Below are positions 41,060 through 50,089 of a stretch of 58,954 nt of DNA, piece by piece (within the stretch, counting starts at the first letter, position 1; the number at the start of each line of letters is the position of its first letter). A program made the position numbers and the translations under genes. The notes beneath the pieces are model-generated. The model was not told where the DNA came from and made no database searches. It saw nothing but the letters and a program-made list of their open reading frames with translations. This DNA is from Bacteroidota bacterium (lineage in GTDB: Bacteria > Bacteroidota > Bacteroidia > Bacteroidales > VadinHA17), in NCBI GenBank assembly GCA_011042635.1, contig DQWH01000161.1, positions 1 through 58,954 on the forward strand, written 5' to 3'.

Positions 41060-42652
41060 ATGAGACAACCGGCTTATATACTGTTTTCCTTACTTTTTCT
41101 GTTGTTATCCGTATCAATGCATGCCCGGGGAAAAGAAAAGGTATGGGTGGTATTTACCGACAAGCCCTCCGGATATTTTGACCCTGCGGAATATTTTGAC
41201 CCGCATTCCCTGCAGAGGCGGGTCAGGCAGGGTTTGCCTGTGTTTGACGAAGCCGATCTGCCGGTTTCGGTCGATTACATTCGCCGGGTGGAGGAGATCG
41301 CCGGCCGGGTGGAAAAGGTGAGTCGTTGGCTGAATGCCGTCACCGTGTATGCCGGCAGAAAGGAACAACAGGCCCTGCACAGATTGCCCTTTGTAGCCTC
41401 CATTGAACCTGTGCTCCGTGTCCCGGCTTTTTCTCTGAAAGCTTACCGGCAGGAGGTTCCGTGGTCAGGTGATGAGGAAGTAATGGCGGAACTGCAGCTT
41501 GCCCTGCTGGACGGTGATGTTTTCGACAGCCTGGGAATGGACGGAAGGGGTGTGCGAATTGCGGTATTTGATGCAGGATTCCCGGAAGTGGATAAACACT
41601 CCCTGTTTGCCCATATCAGAGAAGAGGGACGGATCGTAGCTACCCATGATTTTGTGAAAGGCACGGATTATGTTTTTTCGGGGAATTTTCATGGGACCAT
41701 GGTTCTTTCATGTATTGCGGGCAAAAACGAAGAAATGACCCTGGGGCTGGCAACCGGCGCTGAATTTATCCTGGCACGGACCGAACAGTGGGGTGAACCC
41801 TTTTCGGAGGAAGAAAACTGGGTGTGTGCCATGGAATGGGCTGATCGTTACGGGGCGGATATTATCAGCAGTTCGCTGGGTTACACTTTTCACCGGTATT
41901 TTACGGATCAGATGAACGGGCGTGTGGCCATGGTATCCCGGGCGGCCAGCCTGGCGGCCAGGAAAGGTATTCTGGTGGTGAATGCCATGGGCAATGCCGG
42001 GGCATCCCGGTGGGAAATCCTCGGAGCACCCGCCGATGCCGACAGTATCCTGTCGGTGGGAGGTGTTGATCCTTTTACCGGCCGCCACATTGCATTCAGT
42101 TCTTTCGGACCATCTGCCGACGGTCGGCTCAAGCCCAATGTATGTGCTCCTGCACGGGCAGCCGTAGCGGGGAGAAGGAAAGTGAAAACGGCTTACGGAA
42201 CCAGTTTTTCTACTCCGCTGGTTACGGGGTTTGCCGCCTGTGTCATGCAAATGCATCCCGAATGGAACAACATGGAGCTGTTGCATGCCATGGAACGATC
42301 GGGTCATTTATATCCTTATTATGATTATGCCCACGGGTATGGTATTCCTCAGGCCTCGTATTTTACGAAAAAAAAAGAGGTAGAAGGAGAGTTGTTCACA
42401 ATATCGGCAGACGGAGAAAACCTGGTTGTGAAGATCAGGGGAATGCCGCCGGATTCAGCCGAAAAAATCCCCGCTTATCTGTATTATCACATAGCACGTC
42501 CCGGCGGTTTGCTGAAAAAATATGCCGTAATTGAGGTATCCGACAGCATTCCCCTGGTCATTTCTGCACAGAGACTGAACCCGGATGATATTTTGCGTGT
42601 TTATTACAGAGGGCAAACCAGAAGCCTGCCTGCAAAAATTACCGATCTATGA
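41060..42652 (+). CDS. S8-family subtilisin-like serine peptidase
   Basis: Catalytic triad contexts VRIAVFDAGF (Asp), HGTMVLS (His) and GTSFSTP (Ser), with a signal peptide. Confidence 0.88.
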   Translation: MRQPAYILFSLLFLLLSVSMHARGKEKVWVVFTDKPSGYFDPAEYFDPHSLQRRVRQGLPVFDEADLPVSVDYIRRVEEIAGRVEKVSRWLNAVTVYAGRKEQQALHRLPFVASIEPVLRVPAFSLKAYRQEVPWSGDEEVMAELQLALLDGDVFDSLGMDGRGVRIAVFDAGFPEVDKHSLFAHIREEGRIVATHDFVKGTDYVFSGNFHGTMVLSCIAGKNEEMTLGLATGAEFILARTEQWGEPFSEEENWVCAMEWADRYGADIISSSLGYTFHRYFTDQMNGRVAMVSRAASLAARKGILVVNAMGNAGASRWEILGAPADADSILSVGGVDPFTGRHIAFSSFGPSADGRLKPNVCAPARAAVAGRRKVKTAYGTSFSTPLVTGFAACVMQMHPEWNNMELLHAMERSGHLYPYYDYAHGYGIPQASYFTKKKEVEGELFTISADGENLVVKIRGMPPDSAEKIPAYLYYHIARPGGLLKKYAVIEVSDSIPLVISAQRLNPDDILRVYYRGQTRSLPAKITDL

Positions 42653-43365
42653 AACCTCTGATTTATGCCATTCTCATCATTTTTCTTTTTCCGGTTCCGG
42701 AGGCTTTTCCCCAGGAAGTGTTGCTGGAAAAAGAAGTGGAACTACCCCGGCGCACGGATTTCGGGCCCAACAGCCGGCGCTTCAGCCATTTTTATCTGGG
42801 GTTCGGGTTTCCGGCCGGACCCTCTGAGTTTGAAGGGGCCGGCATCCGGCATATACGATCGAAGGAGGCTGTAGCGGGAAGAAGATTTAAATATAAATTC
42901 ACCGAAATCCTTGCCGGCGGATTTGATCTGGAATACCGTAAAACCAGTTTTGACCTGGTTCAGAACGCGGAAAAAATATTTCCCAATAACCGGCTTCATG
43001 AAAAGGAATTACTCATTCTCCATCAGGCGGTGGCCGGTTTGTATTTCCGGATTAATTCCGGGGAACGGGGGGATTATATGGGAACATTTATCGACCTGGG
43101 AACCGATGCGGTATGGCTGGTTGAGGGGAAACATGTGGTGTATAATACCGGTATCGATCCGGCTTACGAAGCAGTGAGGAGTAAAACCGTATATAAAAAA
43201 CTGAAATACCTGAATTCATTTTTTTACGGGGCAAAGGCACGGGTGGGATGGAACAGGTATCTGCTAACGGTTCATTATCGGTTATCCCCGCTCACCGGGG
43301 AAGATTATCCGGCATATCCTGATCTCCCTCGGTGGACTTTTGGATTGCAGGTCGGGATTCATTGA
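42649..43365 (+). CDS. Hypothetical secreted protein, possibly an outer-membrane beta-barrel
   Basis: Signal peptide and an alternating hydrophobic pattern. ATGA overlap with the S8 peptidase stop suggests co-translation. Confidence 0.5.
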   Translation: MKPLIYAILIIFLFPVPEAFPQEVLLEKEVELPRRTDFGPNSRRFSHFYLGFGFPAGPSEFEGAGIRHIRSKEAVAGRRFKYKFTEILAGGFDLEYRKTSFDLVQNAEKIFPNNRLHEKELLILHQAVAGLYFRINSGERGDYMGTFIDLGTDAVWLVEGKHVVYNTGIDPAYEAVRSKTVYKKLKYLNSFFYGAKARVGWNRYLLTVHYRLSPLTGEDYPAYPDLPRWTFGLQVGIH

Positions 43366-43409
43366 ATGCAGAGCTCCGTTCTTTACGTGGGGAAGCTGAA
43401 ACGTGTCGC

Positions 43410-43694
43410 TCAGATTTTATGGTGTGTTTCCTGTTCCTTGATCCTGTGGATAATTCCGTCGAGCAAATGCCTGACCGTGGGATAGCTGAGTCCCATGTTC
43501 TTTGCCATTATTTTCAGATTGCCGCTGTTTTTTACAAAATCAATGATGAAGAGCTGATCTTCATCCCGCAAACTGGACAGCAGGGGGAGCTCATACAATC
43601 CCGATACCGTGGTTTCACAGGCAGGGCAGAATAAAGTTTTTACCTCCAGCTCATTTCCACAGGCAGGACAGGACACCGGTAATTTCTTATCCAT
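43410..43694 (-). CDS. DUF2089-like zinc-ribbon / HTH protein
   Basis: 94 aa with CPACGNEL...CPACETT (two CxxC pairs) followed by an HTH-like NMGLSYPTVRHLLDGI. Confidence 0.7.
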   Translation of the reverse strand: MDKKLPVSCPACGNELEVKTLFCPACETTVSGLYELPLLSSLRDEDQLFIIDFVKNSGNLKIMAKNMGLSYPTVRHLLDGIIHRIKEQETHHKI

Positions 43695-43796
43695 GCAGTA
43701 AAAAAGTAATTAAAAATAATTTACATTTATATAAACAAAATAAAAAAAATAATTTTAATTATTCAAATAAAAATCAATAAAATAAAACAATATTTC

Positions 43797-44963
43797 ATGG
43801 TTTCGGAGGGAAAAATAGCCAAACAGACAGGGAGAAAGGGCTTGACGGGCCTGTTCAGGGTGTGGGTATGGTTGGCCGGTATGTTTATGCTGACAGGTTC
43901 TGTTCATGCCCGGTATGGTATTCTGAGCGATTCCGCCACCATGGTGGCTATGGAGCAATGCCTGGATGATATTTACAGTTTCCGTTTTGACCGAGCCGCT
44001 GAATATGCCGTTTCATTCCGGAAGGAACATCCCCAGCATCCTGCAGGACCTTTTCTTGAAGCCCTGATCATTTACTGGAAGAATTTGCCGCTGACCCCGG
44101 ATCATCCGGAATCGGAAAATTACCAGGTAAAACTGGAAGAGGCTATAGACCTGGCCAGGGAAAGAATGGCCGACGATCCAATGGAGGTGGAAGGAGTGTT
44201 CTTCGATCTGGTGGGGCAGGGTATGCTGATGATGTATTATGCCGATAACGGACTAACCGGGAAAGTAATTCCTTATCTTTCCCCTTCCTACCGGTCGCTG
44301 AAAAAGGGATTTGAACTGCAGGAGCAATTCGGTGAGTTCATGTTCACCACCGGGTTATATAATTATTACATCGAAGCTTATCCCAGAATGTACCCGGGTT
44401 ACCGGCCGCTGGCCCTGCTGTTTCCCCGGGGAGATATGCAACAGGGGCTTGTGATGCTGGAAACCGTGGCCGGGCAGGGTATTTACCTGAAAAACGAAGC
44501 CCTGCTGTTTCTCAATCATCTCTATCTGAGCTACGAAGACGATCCGTTTCGTTCACTGGAGTATATCAGGAAACTGGTGGACGATTATCCGGACAATTTT
44601 TTTTACCGCAGCCGTCTCCTGCTGAATCTTATAGCAATCGGGCAAACCCGTGAGTGTGCTGAAGAAATGAATATATTGAGACGACAATACCCACGCCATC
44701 CGTTTGTAGCCATGGTACTGAACATTTTCGACGGGTATATTTACGAGAAAGTATTCAACGACCCGGACATGTCACGGGGGAAATATCTTACCGGAATAGA
44801 AAGTGGCAAGGTGTTTGGGGTATGGGTTAATACCTATCTGGCGGTGGCATATGCCGGGCTGGCAAGAATCAGCCACCGGGAGGGTGAAAGGTCATTGGCC
44901 AGAGAATATGAAAGGCTGGCTGAATCAACCACACAGTACCGGTTTATTCTGGATATGGAATGA
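43797..44963 (+). CDS. Hypothetical helical-repeat (TPR-like) protein with an N-terminal signal/anchor
   Basis: 388 aa with a hydrophobic N-terminus (VWVWLAGMFMLTGSVHA). I recognise no family. Confidence 0.55.
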   Translation: MVSEGKIAKQTGRKGLTGLFRVWVWLAGMFMLTGSVHARYGILSDSATMVAMEQCLDDIYSFRFDRAAEYAVSFRKEHPQHPAGPFLEALIIYWKNLPLTPDHPESENYQVKLEEAIDLARERMADDPMEVEGVFFDLVGQGMLMMYYADNGLTGKVIPYLSPSYRSLKKGFELQEQFGEFMFTTGLYNYYIEAYPRMYPGYRPLALLFPRGDMQQGLVMLETVAGQGIYLKNEALLFLNHLYLSYEDDPFRSLEYIRKLVDDYPDNFFYRSRLLLNLIAIGQTRECAEEMNILRRQYPRHPFVAMVLNIFDGYIYEKVFNDPDMSRGKYLTGIESGKVFGVWVNTYLAVAYAGLARISHREGERSLAREYERLAESTTQYRFILDME

Positions 44964-45022
44964 ACCCGCGGGTTGTTTCGGCAGGAAGAACAGTGATAAT
45001 TTCATTTTTTACAATATCTTTC

Positions 45023-45030
45023 TATATTTG
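45023..45030 (+). promoter_or_regulatory. Candidate -7 promoter element TAtaTTTG upstream of the TPR protein gene
   Basis: Exact TAnnTTTG match, 59 nt before the ATG at 45090. Confidence 0.4.
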
Positions 45031-45089
45031 CTGGCTGTTCATTTACAGATGAAAAACAAATGTATTTATTGTTAACAAACACAAAAACG

Positions 45090-46079
45090 ATGAAAAAAGC
45101 AAGGATCATGCTGAAAGGAATCACCACGTTGAGCGTATTGTTGTTCATGGCGGGTGTATTGAGTGCACAATCCCTCAGCGATGCCATTAATGAATATAAT
45201 CAGGGAGCACAGACATTAAAAACAGATCCTGAACTGGCCGCGATGCATTTCGAAAAATGTATTAAGATTGCCGATCAACTGGGTGCTGAAGGATCTGATA
45301 CGCGGGATAAGGCAGTTGCAGCACTGGCACGGATTCCGGGAGTATACTTCAGTCAGGCCATGGCCCATTACAGGGAAAGGGATTTCGACAGTGCCATACA
45401 GGCATTTGAAAAGGCTGAAGAAACGGCCTCAAAATATGGTGAAGAAGAAACCGGACGGAAAGCCAGGGCGGCTATTCCTCAATTATATTATGCCAAAGGT
45501 ATTGAGCTGTATAAGAAAAAAGATTTTGAAGGGGCAATTCCCCTGTTTGACAAGGCCCTGGAATTGAATCCGAATTACGGTAAAGCATATCTGGCCAGGG
45601 GACTGGCATACAAAGGGCTGAATGACCTGGAAAAAATGAAGGAATCCATGGATCAGGCCATGGCGGTGAGTGCCGGAAGGGATGCCGAAACCATGAGGGA
45701 AGCCGAGGAGGCGGTCAGGAACAGTTACTACAATGCCGGTGTGATCGCTCTTCAAAATGAAGCTTACAGCGAGGCAGAGGCCTATTTTGATGTAAGCATT
45801 GAATACGGCAATAACGATCCCGATATCTTCCTGAAACTGGGTGAAATCAACAATGAACTCGGGAATGCTGACAAGGCCATTCAGTATCTGGAGAGAGGCA
45901 TCGGGTTGTCGGCCGATGATGCCGCTGCCAGAGCCGGATTTTATTACCATATGGGAAACGCATACCAGGCCAAGGGAGATAAGACCAAAGCCTGTGAGGC
46001 ATACCGTAAGGCCATGCACGGCCCGTATCTGGAGAATGCCAAATACCAGGTGGAGAACGTCCTGAAATGTGACGGATAA
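45090..46079 (+). CDS. Secreted tetratricopeptide (TPR) repeat protein
   Basis: MKKARIMLKGITTLSVLLFMAGVLSAQ signal peptide and repeated A..Y...G.A......A...F.KA..L.P motifs. Confidence 0.8.
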   Translation: MKKARIMLKGITTLSVLLFMAGVLSAQSLSDAINEYNQGAQTLKTDPELAAMHFEKCIKIADQLGAEGSDTRDKAVAALARIPGVYFSQAMAHYRERDFDSAIQAFEKAEETASKYGEEETGRKARAAIPQLYYAKGIELYKKKDFEGAIPLFDKALELNPNYGKAYLARGLAYKGLNDLEKMKESMDQAMAVSAGRDAETMREAEEAVRNSYYNAGVIALQNEAYSEAEAYFDVSIEYGNNDPDIFLKLGEINNELGNADKAIQYLERGIGLSADDAAARAGFYYHMGNAYQAKGDKTKACEAYRKAMHGPYLENAKYQVENVLKCDG

Positions 46080-46086
46080 AAAAGTA

Positions 46087-46109
46087 ACCGGTACGCGGGA
46101 CGTACCGGT
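46087..46109. terminator. Possible bidirectional terminator hairpin between convergent genes
   Basis: ACCGGTACG-cggga-CGTACCGGT, a 9-bp stem, with only short T/A runs flanking it. Confidence 0.45.
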
Positions 46110-46138
46110 ATTTAGAAAATACCAGTGGCTGCCGGCGA

Positions 46139-46873
46139 TCAGTGAAAATCGCGTTTAACGGCAGCCATTTCTTTCAGTAAGTCCGGTTTGTTTTCAAAGG
46201 CGTTTCCCACCACCGCCATATCGGCCCCTGCCCGGTAAACCGATTCCAGTGTTTTGATACTCCGGATCCCACCTCCCGCTATCAGGGGTACAGAAATTTG
46301 ATCTTTAACCTGACGGATCATTTCGCCGGGTACCGGACCGGGAGCCCCGCTTCCGGCTTCCAGGTAAATGAGTTTCAGTCCCAGCATCTCACCGGCCAGG
46401 GCAGTGGCAACGGCAATATCTGTTTTTTCTGATGGGATAGGGCGGGTATTGCTGATGTATTCCACCGACGTGGATGCATGGTTCCCGATCAGCATATACC
46501 CGGCAGGGATGATTTCCATCCGGCTGCGGTGCAGAATGGGAGCAGCCACCACGTGATTGCCGATCAGAAATTCGGGGTTGCGTCCCGAAATCAGAGAGAG
46601 CAGCAGGATGGCATCGGCTGAGGGGCTGATCTGTAACAAACTGCCCGGAAAAAGCAGAACCGGAATAGCGCAGCGGGATTTGATCAGCGAGATGACCGGT
46701 TCGATGGGATGTGAGATCAGGCTTCCTCCAACCAGAAAGAAATCCACCCCGGTTTCAACCGACTGATCGATCATTTTCAGCAAATCCCTTTCCGGGTATC
46801 TGTCGGGATCGATCAAAACAGCAAAGAGCTTTTGCTTGCCCATGCTTTCCTGTATCTGCCGGTAGATATTCAT
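46139..46873 (-). CDS. Geranylgeranylglyceryl phosphate synthase family protein (GGGPS/PcrB)
   Basis: 244 aa TIM-barrel pattern with ...DFFLVGGS..., ...YLEAGSGA... and ...PLIAGGGIRS...VVGNAFE typical of the GGGPS/PcrB family. Confidence 0.8.
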   Translation of the reverse strand: MNIYRQIQESMGKQKLFAVLIDPDRYPERDLLKMIDQSVETGVDFFLVGGSLISHPIEPVISLIKSRCAIPVLLFPGSLLQISPSADAILLLSLISGRNPEFLIGNHVVAAPILHRSRMEIIPAGYMLIGNHASTSVEYISNTRPIPSEKTDIAVATALAGEMLGLKLIYLEAGSGAPGPVPGEMIRQVKDQISVPLIAGGGIRSIKTLESVYRAGADMAVVGNAFENKPDLLKEMAAVKRDFH

Positions 46874-46876
46874 GGT

Positions 46877-47512
46877 TTATTCCTTGCAGCACCAGACAAT
46901 GCTGTAGTTTTCAAGTTTGAAGTACTGAAGGTTGAATGTTTCATGGATATGTTCATTCCACACGGTTCCCAGGATCTTTCCTTCGTCTTTCAGTTCGAAC
47001 GGGTGGATAATGAGATTCTCCCGGAAGTTGATGTTTTTCTTGTCGCATATCTTAAAAAGGGCTTCTTTGGCACACCAGTGTAAATACAGGTGATATCGCT
47101 GCAGAAAGGGATCATTGGTTACTTTTTCCGAATCATTGAGAAACTTGCTGGCCAGTAATTCAATGCGGTGAGTCATGTGTTCCAGGTCAATTCCCACCCG
47201 CCGGTTCTGGCTCAGAAGAATGGATGTGAGTTCGTCGGAATGGGAGATGCTGATATTGTATGACCCGTCTTCCAACAGGGGTTTCCTTTCCCCGTTGTAG
47301 ACTATGCGGGTGGAAGAGTTAATCAGTTCCGAAAGGAGGGCACGTACGCTGAGCCATTCAATTTTTCTGTTGAGACTGCCGAACCCGTTGAGTATTTTCT
47401 GTTGCCGTCGGTCGAGCGTGAGCAACTGTCTCAGCTCATCATAGGTTTCCGTGATTTTCCAGATACCCATGATGCATTCATTCCTGTATTCGTTCTTGTA
47501 GATTACACCCAT
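46877..47512 (-). CDS. 4'-phosphopantetheinyl transferase (Sfp-type)
   Basis: GIDLEHM and WCAKEALFK motifs. Its stop lies 3 nt before the GGGPS start. Confidence 0.8.
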   Translation of the reverse strand: MGVIYKNEYRNECIMGIWKITETYDELRQLLTLDRRQQKILNGFGSLNRKIEWLSVRALLSELINSSTRIVYNGERKPLLEDGSYNISISHSDELTSILLSQNRRVGIDLEHMTHRIELLASKFLNDSEKVTNDPFLQRYHLYLHWCAKEALFKICDKKNINFRENLIIHPFELKDEGKILGTVWNEHIHETFNLQYFKLENYSIVWCCKE

Positions 47513-47611
47513 GAACAGGTTTGGGGTTTAAACCAGATGGTTACACGTACGAGGCACGAATTTACATATTTTTTTCCACACGCTTTCAATCTGCCGGGGT
47601 AAACCGGGGGG

Positions 47612-48214
47612 TTACTGCCAGGAGAATGTTTCGATCAGGTGGATGATATCTTCCCTGCAGAAACGGATGACTGGAGCCAGTGAATCGGCATTGGGACTGG
47701 TATTGAAATATAATGCTCCCCTGATAAAATGACGGGAGCTGTCGGTCAGAAAAAACTGGACCGATGAGGCTGCGTTTCCTTTGATATCATAAAGGATGCC
47801 GTATACCTTTTTATCAGGATGAGTGAACAATTGTTCCCCGATGGCATCGGCCTTGATGGAATGTTTGTAGGCCAGCGTTCGGGCATCTTCGGTGAGTTCT
47901 TCCAGGTTTTTCTCTACCGTCTGGTAGCTCAGATGGATCTTGCCGTTGAATTCGGGGTAAACGATATTGAACCAGCAGGGCCGGGCCATGCGGCTCTGGT
48001 CGGGCTGCAAGGTAGTATACACCGGAAACTCAAAGGAAAACGGACAGTCGGACCGGTATTCCCGGTAAGTGTGTTCAGGAAGATCGATACGGAAATACCC
48101 CCGGGGCTTTGGCGTATAATTACGCCTGCAGGCGCCGGCGGCCATGACCGCCATTACCAGGCATGCTGTTATCAGGATATGGTTCGTAAAAAGGGGGTTG
48201 TTACTCCGATTCAT
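47612..48214 (-). CDS. gldD: Gliding motility lipoprotein GldD
   Basis: Lipobox (MAAGAC) followed by PKPRGYFRIDLPEHTY, typical of GldD. It lies directly downstream of gldE with a 14-nt overlap. Confidence 0.8.
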   Translation of the reverse strand: MNRSNNPLFTNHILITACLVMAVMAAGACRRNYTPKPRGYFRIDLPEHTYREYRSDCPFSFEFPVYTTLQPDQSRMARPCWFNIVYPEFNGKIHLSYQTVEKNLEELTEDARTLAYKHSIKADAIGEQLFTHPDKKVYGILYDIKGNAASSVQFFLTDSSRHFIRGALYFNTSPNADSLAPVIRFCREDIIHLIETFSWQ

Positions 48215-49532
48215 TCACTGTCACTTTGATTTTTCTGATTCTCCGCTTATCCACCGATTCTATACGGAAAATGTACTCACCTATTTTGATGATTTCGTCT
48301 TTGCCGGGTATTTCCCCTCTGATCTCGAGGATCAGTCCGGCCAGCGTGTCGGCATCTCCTTTTACTTTGTCGAAAACATCGGGAGAAACTCCCATGATTT
48401 TGTAAAAATCGTTCAGTTGTGTTTTCCCTTCGAAAATATAATTGTTTTCATCGATACGGGTATAGGTGGATTCATCCTCATCAAATTCGTCGGATATTTC
48501 GCCAACAATTTCTTCCAGAATGTCTTCAAGGCTGACAATGCCCTGGGTGCCTCCGTATTCATCAATCACAATGGCCATATGGATCTTTTTACTCTGAAAT
48601 TCTGCCAGCAGGTCGTTGATGCGTTTCGTTTCGGGGACAAAATAGGGAAGCCTGATCAGATCCTGCCATTTGAAATCGTCGGGATAATTGATGTAAGGCA
48701 GCAGGTCTTTGATATAGAGGATTCCTTTTACATTATCGAAAGATTCTTTGTATACTGGGATCCGGGAATACCCCGATTCGACGATAATCTGAAACAGTTT
48801 TTTCAGTCCGGTGGATATATCCACGGCCACCACATCCACCCGGGCCGTCATGATTTCGCTAACACTGATATTTCCGAAATTGACAATACCCTGCAGCATT
48901 TTTTCGTCTTCCCTCAGATCGGGTGAGGTTTTGCTGAGGACTTCCGAGAGGTCATCCATTGAAATATTCGAATTGGTGGGCAGGTTTCGTCGGGTAAAAA
49001 AGTGACCGGAAAAAATCAGTAAACGGCTGAGGGGACGGAAGAATCTTTCCATGTAAAACAGGGGAATGGCCATCAGCAGGCTGATCCTTACCGTGTGGCT
49101 TCCGGCATAAATTTTTGGCAGGATCTCCGCAAAAACAATCAGGAAGAAGGCAATCACGAGCATTTCGATGAGCAGCGTGGCTACCGGGTATCCGGTTGGT
49201 TGCAGGGTGCTGTGGAGCAGAAAAACGGCAAGCACCACTATGCTCACATTGAACAGATTGTTGACAATTAGGATGGTAGTGAGCAACCGTTCCGGCATTT
49301 CATGCAATTTCAACAGGATCTGATGCGAATGGCTTTTTCCGTTCCTGATCTTTTGCAGATCGGGAGATGTTAATGATAAATAGGCGGTTTCCGATGCCGA
49401 GATCATAGCCGAGCAGGCCAGCAAAAGGATCAGAACACCCAGGCCCAGGAACAGGGAGGGGCCGGCCTGATAAAAACGGATGTTCAAATCGGCAAGGAAT
49501 GATACATACGGGAGAGGGTCGTCTGCTTCCAC
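48201..49532 (-). CDS. gldE: Gliding motility-associated protein GldE (CNNM/DUF21 TM domain, CBS pair, CorC_HlyC)
   Basis: 443 aa with the TM DUF21 region, a CBS pair ([11 protein letters not shown]...IPVY...GILYIKDLL) and a C-terminal CorC-type domain. Synteny with gldD. Confidence 0.8.
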   Translation of the reverse strand: MEADDPLPYVSFLADLNIRFYQAGPSLFLGLGVLILLLACSAMISASETAYLSLTSPDLQKIRNGKSHSHQILLKLHEMPERLLTTILIVNNLFNVSIVVLAVFLLHSTLQPTGYPVATLLIEMLVIAFFLIVFAEILPKIYAGSHTVRISLLMAIPLFYMERFFRPLSRLLIFSGHFFTRRNLPTNSNISMDDLSEVLSKTSPDLREDEKMLQGIVNFGNISVSEIMTARVDVVAVDISTGLKKLFQIIVESGYSRIPVYKESFDNVKGILYIKDLLPYINYPDDFKWQDLIRLPYFVPETKRINDLLAEFQSKKIHMAIVIDEYGGTQGIVSLEDILEEIVGEISDEFDEDESTYTRIDENNYIFEGKTQLNDFYKIMGVSPDVFDKVKGDADTLAGLILEIRGEIPGKDEIIKIGEYIFRIESVDKRRIRKIKVTVNESE

Positions 49533-49562
49533 AGTCTGCGAACTAAAAAAATCTGTATAACA

Positions 49563-50036
49563 TCAGAAAGGAAGATCATCGTTTTCCTGGGAAATCCCTG
49601 TTGCGTCGCTTTCAGGGGCCTGTTTATTTTCCTGGGGAATCCCTGTTGCGTCGCTTTCAGGGGCCTGTTCATTTTGTTCGGCCGGCCGGGAAGAGGACTG
49701 GCCGGAATCGTCGGATCTTTTTCCGAGCATGCGCATGCTATCGGCCACTATTTCGGTGATATATTTTGTTTCCCCGTCTTTTTCATAGGAACGGGTATTG
49801 ATCTTTCCTTCGATATATAGTAATGAGCCTTTTCTGACATAATTTTCCACCACCTTGGCCAGTTTCCTCCAGAGCACAATATTATGCCACTCGGTCTGGG
49901 TTATTTTTTCTCCGTCTTTGGTGTATGTCTCACTGGTGGCCAGGGGGAATTTTGCAACAGGCACGTCTTCCCGGATATAGTTAACCTCGGGATCTTTTCC
50001 CACATTGCCTACCAGGATTACCTTGTTTACAGTCAT
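49563..50036 (-). CDS. ssb: Single-stranded DNA-binding protein
   Basis: OB fold N-terminus MTVNKVILVGNVGKDPEV, a disordered linker, and the acidic tip DDLPF. Confidence 0.95.
   Translation of the reverse strand: MTVNKVILVGNVGKDPEVNYIREDVPVAKFPLATSETYTKDGEKITQTEWHNIVLWRKLAKVVENYVRKGSLLYIEGKINTRSYEKDGETKYITEIVADSMRMLGKRSDDSGQSSSRPAEQNEQAPESDATGIPQENKQAPESDATGISQENDDLPF
49582..49669. repeat. Direct tandem duplication (period 45 nt, one mismatch within 43 aligned nt) inside the ssb linker
   Basis: ttttcctggGaatccctgttgcgtcgctttcaggggcctgtt at 49627..49669 repeats 49582..49624 with one g/a difference. It encodes QAPESDATGI(P/S)QEN twice, in frame. Confidence 0.9.
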
Positions 50037-50089
50037 ATAATGATTGGTTTAAGATCAGCGTGTAAAAGTAGTAAATTTTCATGCCAGTA

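Noticed and set aside
44963-44974. 12-bp perfect palindrome AACCCGCGGGTT just after the stop of the 388-aa TPR-like gene, considered as a terminator or restriction-type site.
   Set aside because: It is too short and loopless to be a convincing terminator, it occurs only once in the window, and no methylase or restriction genes are nearby.
49484-49672. 62-aa ORF with a repeated NRPLKATQQGFPRK motif.
   Set aside because: It is an alternate frame of the 45-nt tandem duplication inside ssb. The ssb frame has the OB fold and the DDLPF tip, so it is the real one.
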